Source of the DNA: Macrostomum lignano
Lineage: Eukaryota
NCBI GenBank assembly: GCA_002269645.1
Contig: NIVC01000104.1
Location: forward strand, 248,001-312,000
Length of the DNA: 64,000 nt
Reading direction: 5' to 3'
The translations under genes and the position numbers were made by a program. The notes beneath the pieces are model-generated. The model saw only the letters and a list, made by a program, of their open reading frames with translations. It did no database searches and was not told where the DNA came from. Every line of letters starts with the position of its first letter. The first letter of the stretch is position 1. Below are positions 9,331 through 21,402 of this stretch, piece after piece.

Positions 9331-10314
9331 TCAAAGCTGCAGCTTCTTGGGCTGCACAGCCGGGGCACCCGTGGAAGCCGCGACAGCCGCAACCGCCACC
9401 AGATGAGGCGACGGCAGCGCCGGGGCGACTTCTAGCGCGGATTTGGCCTTCTCGTACAGCACGAACATGAGGATGTTCCAGCCGGCGATGCGGGCGAAGC
9501 TCGGCCCGAAGCCTTTGTAGAAGCCGCGCAGGCCGCTCTGCTGGTAGAGGCCGCGCGTGACGCTGACGACTCCGGCGCGCTCCTCCGGCCTGGCGCTCAT
9601 CAGGCGGGTCTTCACCACGTCCACCGGGGAGGCGACCAGGGTAGCGATGAAGCCGCTGCACAGGCCGGCCAGGAAGTGCGTGCCGACAGCGTTCGGCATG
9701 CCCAGGCGGGCTACCATGTAGGTCTTGATGGTGTCGTAGGACACGACCTCCGCGCAGTTGACGATGGCGTTGCGAGCGACGCTGGGCCCGGTGCCTTTCC
9801 ACAGGCCCGCGAGGCCCTCAGATCGCCAGATTGTTGAATAGGCTGCGGCGCAGCCAGGGTAGCGGCCGGCCGAGCCTTGCATGCGCACCTTGACGACGTC
9901 GGTTGGCTGGGCGCAGCAGACGGCCAAGGCGCCCGTGGTGAGGCCGGCCAGAAGTCGGACGCCCATCAGGGCCGTGGTGGAGGCGTCCTGATGCCGCATA
10001 CCCAGCTGGCCCATGTAGGCCTGCTTTACCGGCTCGTAGAATCCGATTCGAATCGAGGCGAAGGCGAACTGGCGCTGCAGTCCGGCGCCCAAGCCACCGT
10101 ACAGGCCGGCCGGGCCCTCGCTGACGGCTACGTTACGCAGGGTGGCGAGGAAGCCGCTGCCGGCTGGTGCCATCTGCATACGCACCTTCACGGTGTCCAT
10201 GGGAAAAGTCAGGGCGTCGGCGACGCAGGCGCACGTACCAGCTAGGAGCAGCTTGCCTACCGGGCTGGAGACGCCGCTACCGACGCTGCTACTTGACGAC
10301 GTTGACGAAGACAT
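9331..10314 (-). CDS. UCP2: Mitochondrial uncoupling protein, UCP2/UCP3-like (SLC25 carrier), intronless, 327 aa
   Basis: Three carrier signatures (PMDTVKVRMQ, QPTDVVKVRMQ, SPVDVVKTRLM). UCP1-3 clade motifs GLQRQFAFASIRIGFYE, GLWKGTGPSVARNAIVNCAEVVSYD, FYKGFGPSFARI. Confidence 0.92.
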   Translation of the reverse strand: MSSSTSSSSSVGSGVSSPVGKLLLAGTCACVADALTFPMDTVKVRMQMAPAGSGFLATLRNVAVSEGPAGLYGGLGAGLQRQFAFASIRIGFYEPVKQAYMGQLGMRHQDASTTALMGVRLLAGLTTGALAVCCAQPTDVVKVRMQGSAGRYPGCAAAYSTIWRSEGLAGLWKGTGPSVARNAIVNCAEVVSYDTIKTYMVARLGMPNAVGTHFLAGLCSGFIATLVASPVDVVKTRLMSARPEERAGVVSVTRGLYQQSGLRGFYKGFGPSFARIAGWNILMFVLYEKAKSALEVAPALPSPHLVAVAAVAASTGAPAVQPKKLQL

Positions 10315-10516
10315 TTTAGTAGAGAGGAACTGGACTGACTAGAAGAGGAACCTATTAAATCCGGCGGTAATGACTTCTTGTTGGTTTCGTTGTTGGCTTG
10401 AAGCCGCGATAATCTTGTCAACATTCGAAGTTCTAGCCGGCTTAATTGCACAAACTGGTTCCGAGTCAGGCTCAGCTGTTTGTTGAGAGGGCCTTTGAGG
10501 CGCGGAATCGGGCTTG

Positions 10517-10560
10517 CATTTATAGGGGGGTTGCCGGCAGCCGGCCCCACCCCCCCTCCT
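10517..10560 (-). promoter_or_regulatory. TATA box and GC boxes of the UCP gene
   Basis: TATAAATG at 10524-10517 (minus), about 200 nt upstream of the ATG, preceded by G-rich GGGGGGGTGGGGCCGG. Confidence 0.6.
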
Positions 10561-11991
10561 GCCCCGGAATTCCAGCGCTTCACCCACCCTGGCCCTCCTC
10601 TCTCCCCCCTCTAGAAATTCTCAAGGTCGAATGGGCCGACCTTTTTTCGTCAGCGCCTTTCGTTCAAAACCGGTTCTCTTGCATGCCCCCCTCCGGAGCG
10701 ATCTGGTTCTGGCTGGCTCGCTGCGCTTTCTTTGCCTCCTCTCCACCCAGCAAACTCTCTCTCTCTCTCTCTCTCTATCGTTGCCTTGGCTCGGGGTGGT
10801 TCAAAGAAAAATGCCTGTGCAAATTGTACAGAGATATGGGCAAGAAAAGCAAGGCAGAGACGATGGTCGATGAGGATTTTGGGAATAGAACTTGATCCCA
10901 CAGCTGGGATTTTGGACAACGGGCCTAAGGCTAAGCAAGCCTTCTAATCCTTCCCGCTTCTGTACAGCAACTCAACCAGACGGATCACAGGACTCAACCA
11001 ATGTACACCGCAACTCCTGCTTCTCGGGCCTCATCCGGCTATCCAGCATCTGGGGGGGAGAAAACGACCGGCATGGAACTTTCCAGCGTGGAATTTTCCT
11101 AACCCTACACTGACGACAAGTTCTCATAAGGCACAACTCCCCCCCCCACTACTCAAACTCCCCTCCTCTCCGACTCCAGCTGATTGCTACTGTTAGGCCT
11201 TGGTCGAGAAGCCTCCCTCCCCTAGGCAACGTATAATCAAAGGAATATAGCACACAGCCTTCAAGCATAGCTGCTAACGCCCACGCTTTTTATACTTGCA
11301 GCCGGTGCGCGTGACCATGGGAAAAAATCCATCAATTCATAAACATAGCCTATGTTGTTAAGAATTCACGAAAATATTATAATTCATCCCAATGATCCCC
11401 AGCACCCAGTCCTGACCTTGTCTGACCCTTTTTTTTACCCAAATGAAGCGACAAAATGTGTGATTGCATTTTTTCTTGAACCACCCTTGTCCCCGCGATG
11501 GCCCCTCAGGGCAAAGAATTGCACCCGAAAACAGTTCCATAGGGCGAAGTCCAAAACTTTTCTGGAAAGATTCTAGCAAACCAAGTGCACTGTTACCTGT
11601 TTACGCCATCCAATGAGACCCCACCCCCTTAAAACTAAAGCTGACGAAATTATTGTCTCCCTTTTCCTAAGCTAATCTAGACAGAACAACAAGGGCCACA
11701 GGGCGGGCAACAAACAGAGGGCATGATTGTGCAAAGTGGGTGTGACCAATGACGATACAGTCGACCTTGAAATATACGCACGACCATTTCCTAGCCTCCT
11801 AGCCTCCAATTGTTTGCAATTAGCTCAATCTAGATTCTAGATCCCAGACAAACGCGCACACGTACATTTACATTTTCACATTTGTACACTGGAACTGAGA
11901 GCGTACAGAGTTGCAATTGTATAAACATAACCATGGATACGCAAGCACTAGAGAGCTGCATGTGTAGCAAAATATCAAATAAACACGAAGT

Positions 11992-13194
11992 TACCAGCTG
12001 TGAAGGGGGCGCCAAACCAGCTGTGAAGGGGGCGCCAAACCAGCTGTGAAGGGGGCGCCAAACCAGCTGTGAAGGGGGCGCCAAACCAGCTGTGAAGGGG
12101 GCGCCAAACCAGCTGTGAAGGGGGCGCCAAACCAGCTGTGAAGGGGGCGCCAAACCAGCTGTGTGGGGGGGGGGGGCGCCAAATCAGCTGTGAAGGGGAG
12201 GGGCGCCAAACCAGCTGTGAAGGGGGCACCAAACCAGCTGTGAGGGGGCGCCAAATCAGCTGTGAAGGGGAGGGGCGCCAAACCAGCTGTGAAGGGGGCA
12301 CCAAACCAGCTGTGAAGGGGGCGCCAAATCAGCTGTGAAGGGAGGCGCCAAAAGAGCTGTGAAGGGGCGCCAAATCAGCTGTGAAGGGAGGCGCCAAAAG
12401 AGCTGTGAAGGGGGCGCCAAATCAGCTGTGAAGGGGAGGGGCGCCAAACCAGCTGTGAAGGGGGCACCAAACCAGCTGTGAGGGGGCGCCAAATCAGCTG
12501 TGAAGGGGAGGGGCGCCAAACCAGCTGTGAAGGGGGCACCAAACCAGCTGTGAAGGGGGCGCCAAATCAGCTGTGAAGGGAGGCGCCAAAAGAGCTGTGA
12601 AGGGGCGCCAAATCAGCTGTGAAGGGAGGCGCCAAAAGAGCTGTGAAGGGGGCGCCAAATCAGCTGTGAAGGGGGCGCCAAATCAGCTGTGAAGGGAGGC
12701 GCCAAATCAGCTGTGAAGGGGGCGCCAAACCAGCTGTGAAGGGAGGCGCCAAATCAGCTGTGAAGGGGGCGCCAAACCAGCTGTGAAGGGGGCGCCAAAC
12801 CAGCTGTGAAGGGAGGCGCCAAATCAGCTGTGAAGGGGGCGCCAAACCAGCTGTGAGGGGGGCGCCAAACCAGCTGTGTGGGGGGGGGCGCCAAATCAGC
12901 TGTGAAGGGAGGCGCCAAAAGAGCTGTGAAGGGGGCGCCAAATCAGCTGTGAAGGGAGGCGTCAAAAGAGCTGTGAAGGGGGCGCCAAATCAGCTGTGAA
13001 GGGAGGCGTCAAAAGAGCTGTGAAGGGGGCGCCAAATCAGCTGTGAAGGGAGGCGCCAAAAGAGCTGTGAAGGGGGCGCCAAATCAGCTGTGAAGGGGAG
13101 GGCGCCAAATCAGCTGTGAAGGGGAGGGCGCCAAATCAGCTGTGAAGGAAGGCGCCAAATCAGCTGTGAAGGAAGGCGCCAAAAGAGCTGTGAA
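11992..13194. repeat. 21-24-bp minisatellite (CAGCTGTGAAGGGGGCGCCAAAC)
   Basis: About 1.2 kb of tandem copies with variant units. Confidence 0.97.
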
Positions 13195-14504
13195 TTATAT
13201 AAAAAGCAACATGATGAAAGACCAATATGATTGTAATAACGCTAGGCTGAAACGTATGCAGATAATTATGCCAATGGTAATTAAACAAGCACACATTTGA
13301 TCAACTTTGCAATCGAGCTTTCCAATATGAAGACCTCTTGAAGCTTCTTTATCTTCAGTCGTCTGGATCGGATTGGCTTTGATTGAGGTCTCGCGAACCT
13401 TTGGACAAAAGTTACAAATGAACAACAAGGATTCCAGGCCACTGAATGGCCCTGGAGAAGTTAAAGTGGTATAAAGAGCCTCGTGACCCGACACTAGCAG
13501 ATAAGATAAAGGACTGATTCCGTCAGATCAGGTGACAGAAAACGAGCCGGCTCTGGGAATCGAGGATAGTTTTATTCGAAGCAACATTTTTTAGATACTG
13601 ACCATTGTTATTGCAACATTAATATAGGCGTGCATGAGTCATCGTCTGCCCGAACACAAACTTAGTTTGTGCGTCATTTAGCTACTAGCGAATTGTCCTC
13701 GTTTAGGGCGCGCATTTTTTCTGCTCTTCGCTTCAAGTGCTTCTAAAAATAGAAACAAAAATACTGTTGCTAGGGGTGGAACCATCGTCTAGTCATTTGT
13801 AATTCAAACAAACAACTACTTTATGCATGTTGTCTGTAGTAATTATATGCGGCATGATGCGTGAAAAACGTTGTTTTGAGCTAATGTAGGCTGTGGGAGG
13901 TCGACAGTGGCCCAGCAACTGAGGATCTGGGAGGCTGGCACAGCAACTGGCACTCTGGGAGGCTGGCCCAGCAACGTATGATCTGTGGGGCTGGCCCAGT
14001 AACTGATACTCTAGGAGGCTGGCCCAGCAACTGAGGACCTGGGAGGCTGGCCCAGCAAAACTCTTTTGTGTAATATTATTACTTTCGCTTACCAAACAAT
14101 AATCATTATTAGCAAGCGCTTGAACAGACAAAAACTCGCCAACGCACGGTTGGAATCGAGCATTGCAGCATTGTTATTTTTAAATAACAATATTAATAAT
14201 AGTTGGAATTGCAACAACCAGTTAAATATTTATTGACAAAGAATAACTCATTTTCGCATAGCTACACAGAATATCTATGGCAACGACTAGTAAGACCAAG
14301 TAGATGAAGCACAGGGTTTTACTTGTGGAATAATTGGGCGGTAATTCGAGTTGGCAATTTTATTCGGCATTCGCAAGAGCCAATATCTGAATATTTATTT
14401 TAACATTAGCAAAAACAGCACAAAAGCAAATGAAACAGGAATAGCTGGCGCATTGCTTTAATTGCTTTAATTAATTATTGTCATGTCATTAGAATACCCC
14501 TTTC

Positions 14505-15058
14505 TGTCTACTTCTGAAGCCACTCTCTTCCACTCTTTATCTACTTCTCAGTGCCTACTCCTGAAGCTACTCTCTTCTTCCACTCTTTATCTACTTCTCA
14601 GTGCCTACTCCTGAAGCTACTCTCTTCTTCCACTCTTTATCTACTTCTCAGTGCCTACTCCTGAAGCTACTCTCTTCTTCCACTCTTTATCTACTTCTCA
14701 GTGCCTACTCCTGAAGCTACTCTCTCCTTCCATTCTTTATCTACTTCTCAGTCTACTCCTGAAGCTACTCTCTTCTTCCATTCTTTATCTACTTCTCAGT
14801 GCCTACTCCTGAAGCTACTCTCTTCTTCCATTCTTTATCTACTTCTCAGTGCCTACTCCTGAAGCTACTCTCTTCTTCCACTCTTTATCTACTTCTCAGT
14901 GTCTACTCCTGAAGCTACTCTCTCCTTCCATTCTTTATCTACTTCTCAGTCTACTCCTGAAGCTACTCTCTTCTTCCATTCTTTATCTACTTCTCAGTGC
15001 CTACTCCTGAAGCTACTCTCTTCTTCCACTCTTTATCTACTTCTCAGTGCCTACTTCT
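14505..15058. repeat. About 50-bp minisatellite (CTCTTTATCTACTTCTCAGTGCCTACTCCTGAAGCTACTCTCTTCTTCCA)
   Basis: About 11 tandem copies. Confidence 0.95.
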
Positions 15059-15642
15059 TAATGCTCCTGTGTTAATAAAACATATGACCGACTGTAATTA
15101 AGATAACAAGCAGCTATGTACTCGTAAAAGTACAAGTTAAGAGTACAGATCAGACTTAATTTACCCAAAATAAAAATGCAAAATCAACAAAAATTGGCAG
15201 ACTTCAATCCAACGTATTGAATTTACGCTGCGCGCAAGGGGCGGCGCATTGAAATGCCATTTTTGATTTGGTCAAAACTAAGAGAATTAGCTTACTAAAT
15301 AGTAGCGATACCAGTATATCCAGTATACCAAAAATGTATAGAACTATAATTTAACTATAACATCTAGTACGCTATTTTGGCAGTAGTCAAATTAGTCACT
15401 ACCGGTATGAGTTGAAGCTTTAAATACAATAAAATTACAAGTAAATAAGCATGATTAGTTTTTTTTCACGGATAAACTACATTATAATAGCTATATTATT
15501 ATATTCAATGCACAACAAAGAAAGTTAGAAATTATATAAATAAACAGTGCTTGTACTCAATCTCATGGAAGTTAATGTGCATTTGTAATGCCTTTAAATA
15601 AGCATAATATAGTTGATGTCAATACAATCGCACTGCCATTTC

Positions 15643-17255
15643 ATTAGGGCCGATTTTCACAGCTATTAGGGGCGATTTTCACAGCTATTAGGGGCGATTT
15701 TCACAGCTATTAGGGGCGATTTTCACAGCTATTAGGGGCGATTTTCACAGCTATTAGGGGCGATTTTCACAGCTATTAGGGGCGATTTTCACAGCTATTA
15801 GGGGCGATTTTCACAGCTATTAGGGGCGATTCTCGCACAGCTATTAGGGGCGATTCTCGCACAGCTATTAGGGGCGATTCTAGTAGAGCTATTTGGGGCG
15901 ATTCTCACACAGCTATTAGGGGCGATTCTCACACAGCTATTAGGGGCGATTTTCACAGCTATTAGGGGCGATTTTCACAGCTATTAGGGGCGATTCTCAC
16001 ACAGCTATTAGGGGCGATTTTCACAGCTATTAGGGGCGATTTTCACAGCTATTAGGGGCGATTCTCACACAGCTATTAGGGGCGATTCTCACACAGCTAT
16101 TAGGGGCGATTCTCACACAGCTATTAGGGGCGATTCTCACACAGCTATTAGGGGCGATTCTCACACAGCTATTAGGGGCGATTCTCACACAGCTATTAGG
16201 GGCGATTTTCACAGCTATTAGGGGCGATTTTCACAGCTATTAGGGGCGATTCTCACACAGCTATTAGGGGCGATTCTCACACAGCTATTAGGGGCGATTC
16301 TCACACAGCTATTAGGGGCGATTCTCGCAGAGCTATTAGGGGCGATTCTCACACAGCTATTAGGGGCGATTCTCACACAGCTATTAGGGGCGATTTTCAC
16401 AGCTATTAGGGGCGATTCTCACACAGCTATTAGGGGCGATTCTCACACAGCTATTAGGGGCGATTCTCACACAGCTATTAGGGGCGATTCTCACACAGCT
16501 ATTAGGGGCGATTCTCACACAGCTATTAGGGGCGATTCTCACACAGCTATTAGGGGCGATTTTCACAGCTATTAGGGGCGATTTTCACAGCTATTAGGGG
16601 CGATTCTCACACAGCTATTAGGGGCGATTCTCACACAGCTATTAGGGGCGATTCTCACACAGCTATTAGGGGCGATTCTCGCAGAGCTATTAGGGGCGAT
16701 TCTCACACAGCTATTAGGGGCGATTCTCACACAGCTATTAGGGGCGATTCTCGCACAGCTATTAGGGGCGATTCTCACACAGCTATTAGGGGCGATTCTC
16801 ACACAGCTATTAGGGGCGATTCTCACACAGCTATTAGGGGCGATTCTCACACAGCTATTAGGGGCGATTCTCACACAGCTATTAGGGGCGATTCTCACAC
16901 AGCTATTAGGGGCGATTCTCACACATCTATTAGGGGCGATTCTCACACCAGCTATTAGGGGCGATTCTCGCAGAGCTATTAGGGGCGATTCTCGCACAGC
17001 TATTAGGGGCGATTCTAGCAGAGCTATTTGAGGCGATTCTCACACAGCTATTAGGGGCGATTCTCACACAGCTATTAGGGGCGATTCTCGCAGATCCGTT
17101 AGGGGCGATTCTCACAGAGCTATTAGGGGCGATTCTCACAGATCCGTTAGGGGCGATTCTCACACAGCTATTAGGGGCGATTCTCACACAGCTATTAGGG
17201 GCGATTCTCACACAGCTATTAGGGGCGAATCTCACAGAGCTATTAGGAGTGATTC
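15643..17255. repeat. 22/24-bp minisatellite (CAGCTATTAGGGGCGATTCTCACA), 1.6 kb
   Basis: Tandem array with two length variants; source of the IAPNSCVR ORFs. Confidence 0.97.
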
Positions 17256-17306
17256 TCACTCTGAATAAAATTAACTGGAACATAGAATAGATTACAGGAA
17301 CAAAAG

Positions 17307-19019
17307 TCATAACCGATTCAGCTTCCTCATGAAAGCCAAATCCGCCGGCCGATCCCGTTTCACAGCGCCTGCCGTGGCCAACGCGCTAGCCGAGTCCCGG
17401 CATTTATTATAGTGCATATGGAAGCGGTAAGCATCGGGATTGGGCAGCAACAGTTTGCACACCTGGCACTTCAATTTAGCCGGCAGGGGAGCAGTTGGTG
17501 TGCTCACTTTATCCAGCTTTTTCTGACAATCAGCTCTGTGCCTCGCCAGAGCGCCCGAGTTCAGAAACTTGTGCAAACAGACCGGACAGGTGGCAGCCAC
17601 CGAGCACACCGGAGCTCGTCGGCGATGCCTCAGCAACGCATCGGCGCTGGGAAAATCTCGGCCGCACAGGTCGCAGGCGAACGGCAGGCAGAGGCCGCGC
17701 GAGGTCATCCGGCAGTGCTGAGTCTCCAGATGGCGCACCAGAGCGTGTCGGGAGCGCAGCTGGCGAGCGCAGATCAGGCAGGTTACCGGGCTGTTCCTGG
17801 AGTTTTTTAGATGATTATAGTAAAGATTAGTGCCACAGCTAGTCATAGAATTTAGATTTGCTGATTTATCTGAAGCGATAGACCTTCAACTTCCCTGAAG
17901 CGATAGAACTTCAGCTTCTCTGAAGCCATAGAACTTCAGCTTCTCTGAAGCGATAGAACTTCAGCTTCACTAAAGCCATAGAACTTCAGCTTCTCTGAAG
18001 CGATAGAACTTCAGCTTCACTAAAGCCATAGAACTTCAGCTTCACTAAAGCCATAGAACTTCAGCTTCACTGAAGCGATAGAACTTCAGCTTCACTGAAG
18101 CGATAGAACTTCAGCTTCACTGAAGCGATAGAACTTCAGCTTCTCTGAAGCGATAGAACTTCAGCTTCAGTTACCCTGAAGTAATCGAGCTTTAACTCTG
18201 TTACTGCAAATATATAATCACACAAAAGGCTCACATGTGAGCAGTCTCCCGGTGTTCCCGAAGCGCCGACCTTGATTGATACGAACGAAAACACGTGGAA
18301 CAGGCGAATACTTGCTGGGGCTGGGGCGGCGACGGCGACTCCGGCTGAGGGGGATTTGGCGGCGGCGGCGGTGGCGGCGGAGGCGGCGGCGGTGCTGGAG
18401 CCGCCGGTTGCTGCGACCCCTGTCCAATAATGATAGTCGGAGTCGATCCGCTCTCTGGCAAACCTCTGGGCGCCTTCTCGGCAGGTGGAAGCGCCGGTTG
18501 CGGTTCATCGTGACTGACATCCGGCTGATCGAACCAAATCACTTGGTGACCTTTTGTTGTTGGCGGACGCGAAACCGGCGGCTGCTGCAGCGGTGGCGGC
18601 GGCGGAGGCGGAGGAGGGGCAAAACGGTGCAGTTGCAGTTGAACTAAACTTGACGCCTTTTGCGGCATTGGCGGCGGTGGAGGCGTCGGCGGTGGCGGGG
18701 GCGTCGGCGGTGGCGGCGGCGCAGGCGCTGTGGAGTAGCCAGACAGCAACACAGGATCGCCGTCCCCGTCGCCGCCAGCCCCGGCGTGAATGTCGATGCC
18801 GTTGTTAGCGCCGAAAGCGTCAACCGAGGCGGCGAATTTGTTCAACTCGTGCAGGTCGTCCATAGGCAGGTCGAGCAGTCGCTGCAGCTGTTCCAACTCG
18901 CCGTTAACCGATGACGATGAGAAGCCGCCGGACAGACAGGACAGGCCGGACAGGTCCAGCTTGTCCATGTCGGACATTGGCGGCAGATCAAAGGAAGATA
19001 GGAACAGATCGTCATCCAT
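17307..19019 (-). CDS. Pro-rich zinc-finger protein, 5 fingers (C2H2/C2HC), 2 exons, about 424 aa
   Basis: Exons 19019-18235 and 17796-17307 (GTGAGC donor, CTCCAG acceptor, phase 2). Fingers CSTC..HRETAH, CLIC..HLETQH, CDLC..HRRRAPVC, CPVC..HRADC, CQVC..HMHYNKC; acidic N-terminus and poly-Pro tracts. Confidence 0.85.
17870..18175. repeat. 25-bp minisatellite (TGAAGCGATAGAACTTCAGCTTCTC) in the zinc-finger gene intron
   Basis: Direct tandem copies. Confidence 0.93.
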
Positions 19020-19294
19020 GATACTAAGTTATTGGATGGGCGATATTTATATAATTACTTCTAGAGCCAATGTGGGGCGAAGTCACGCTGCACCGACATT
19101 AAAACAATAAAAGTACATTGAGATTGTGTCAGGTTGTAAAGAAGGTACGAGCTACCCATATAATATCAGCCTATGCATTCATTTGACTATTTTTAGAGAA
19201 TATTTAATAAGAGAAGTCTAAACTACTAAGTTGACTGTGGAGATAAGCCGCCTCCTAAAGCCACCGAGACAACCACCCACTAGAACTTTATTAA

Positions 19295-20222
19295 TCCGCC
19301 CACTAGAACCCTAATTTCCCGCCCCCTAGAACCCTAATTTCCCGCCCCCTAGAACCCTAATTTCCCGCCCCCTAGAACCCTAATTTCCCGCCCCCTAGAA
19401 CCCTAATTTCCCGCCCCCTAGAACCCTAATTTCCCGCCCCCTAGAACCCTAATTTCCCGCCCCCTAGAACCCTAATTTTCCGCCCCTAGAAATCTAACCT
19501 TCCGCCCCTAGAAATCTAACCTTCCGCCCTAGAAATCTAACCTTCCGCCCTAGAAATCTAATCTTCCGCCCCTAGAACTCTAATCATCCGCCCCTAGAAC
19601 TCTAATCATCCGCCCTTAGAACTCTAATCATCCGCCCCTAGAACTCTAATCATCCGCCCCTAGAACTCTAATCATCTGCCCCTAGAACTCTAATCATCCG
19701 CCCCTAGAACTCTAATCATTCGCCCCTAGAACCCTAATCTTCCGCCCCCTAGAACCCTGGGGTTATCCACCTATAGAGCTCTGGAGTCATCCGCCTCCCC
19801 CTTAGAATACTGGAGTCATCCGCCCCCTTAGAATACTGGAGTCATCCGCCCCCTTAGAATACTGGAGTCATCCGCCTCCTTAGAATACTGGAGTCATCCG
19901 CCTCCTTAGAATACTGGAGTCATCCGCCCCCTTAGAATACTGGAGTCATCCACCCCCTTAGAATACTGGAGTCATCCGCCCCCTTAGAATACTGGAGTCA
20001 TCCGCCTCCTTAGAATACTGGAGTCATCCGCCCCCCTTAGAATACCGGAGTCATCCACCCCCTTAGAATACCGGACTCATCCGCCCCCTTAGAATACCGG
20101 AGTCGTCCGCCCCCCCTTAGAATACCGGAGTCATCCCCCCCCCCCTTAGAATACCGGACTCATCCGTCCCCTTAGAATACTGGAGTCATCCGCCTCCTTA
20201 GAACCCTGGAGTCATCCGCCCC
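19295..20222. repeat. Compound minisatellite (CCGCCCCTAGAACCCTAATTT-type grading into CCGCCCCCTTAGAATACTGGAGTCAT)
   Basis: Two related sub-arrays sharing a CCGCCCC(T)TAGAA core. Confidence 0.93.
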
Positions 20223-20904
20223 AATATCCATATTTAAGTTAAGAATAAAAATAAATCAGAATCAACAGCACAAATCAATATACACTACTGCTAGTCAGTA
20301 GGCAGTCAGAAACATTTTCCCGGTATGTTTATCTATATATAGGAGCTATATGTAAATACATAACAAAAGAGCTCTGTTGCAATGTTGCAAGTACGGTGAA
20401 ATAAAAAGAGCATTAAAATTCTAAATCTGACCAGCAGAATACGACGTAACGCGCGTGTAATAAAGATGAGCACACAGAACCTGCTACTCCTACTCAAAAT
20501 GCTACTCATAATGTAAAACATACCTGGTACGCTTTAAAATTTGGAATGTCACAGACAGATATAGCAATTGAAATAGTAAATAAACTATATAACAATATAT
20601 TGATTTTGTTTATCGGACGGCAGTGGTTAAAATAGCAAAACACCAACAACCACTAGATGCTACTACTGAGTAGGACAAAGCGAAAATGATGCCTATAATT
20701 TTTGACAGTGAAGGAATAGGCAAGCGTGCTTCAGATATGAGAAAAGGTAAGCTTACAACGGAAAATAACATTACTTAGGCAAGGCCATTATGACAGAAAC
20801 ACAAGCTCCAGTTTATCTTAGTTTTAATACTCGCAGAATTGATTTATTTATTAGTTACCAGTCGGTCATGAGGGTAATAAAGAGGGGGTAGCGAATTGGT
20901 ATAA

Positions 20905-21362
20905 GGGGGCGCCAATACTGGTGAATCGGGGGCACCAGTATTGGTGCATCAGGGGCGCCAATATTGTTGAATAAGGGGCGCCAATATTGGTGCATCCGGG
21001 GGGCCAATACTGGTGAATCAGGGGCACCAGTATTGGTGCATCAGGGGCGCCAATATTGGTGAATCTGGGGCGCCGATATTGGTGAATCAGGGGCGCCGAT
21101 ATTGGTGAATCAGGGGCGCCAATCCTGGTGAATTAGGGGCGTCAATCCTGGTGCATCAGGGGCGCCAATATTGGTGCATCAGGGGCGCCAATATTGGTGA
21201 ATCAGGGGTCTCAAAATTGGTGAATAAGGGACGCCAATATTGGTGAATAAGGGGCGCCGATATTGGTGAATAAGGGGTGCCATTCTTGGTGAACCAGGGG
21301 CGCCAGTATTGGTGAATAAGAGGCGCCAATATTGGTGAATAAGAGGCGCCAATCTTGGTGAA
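20905..21362. repeat. About 21-bp minisatellite (GGGGCGCCAATATTGGTGAATCA)
   Basis: Direct tandem copies just downstream of the CCDC171 stop. Confidence 0.93.
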
Positions 21363-21402
21363 TCGGTGCCAAACAAACGGTGGCCAAAATAACACGCAGC
21401 TG

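Noticed and set aside
14271-14284. RFX X-box-like ATATCTATGGCAAC
   Set aside because: Single degenerate match far from any gene start; expected by chance.
11992-17255. Regular short repeats as CRISPR arrays
   Set aside because: Units are head-to-tail with no unique spacers, there are no cas genes, and the context is eukaryotic.
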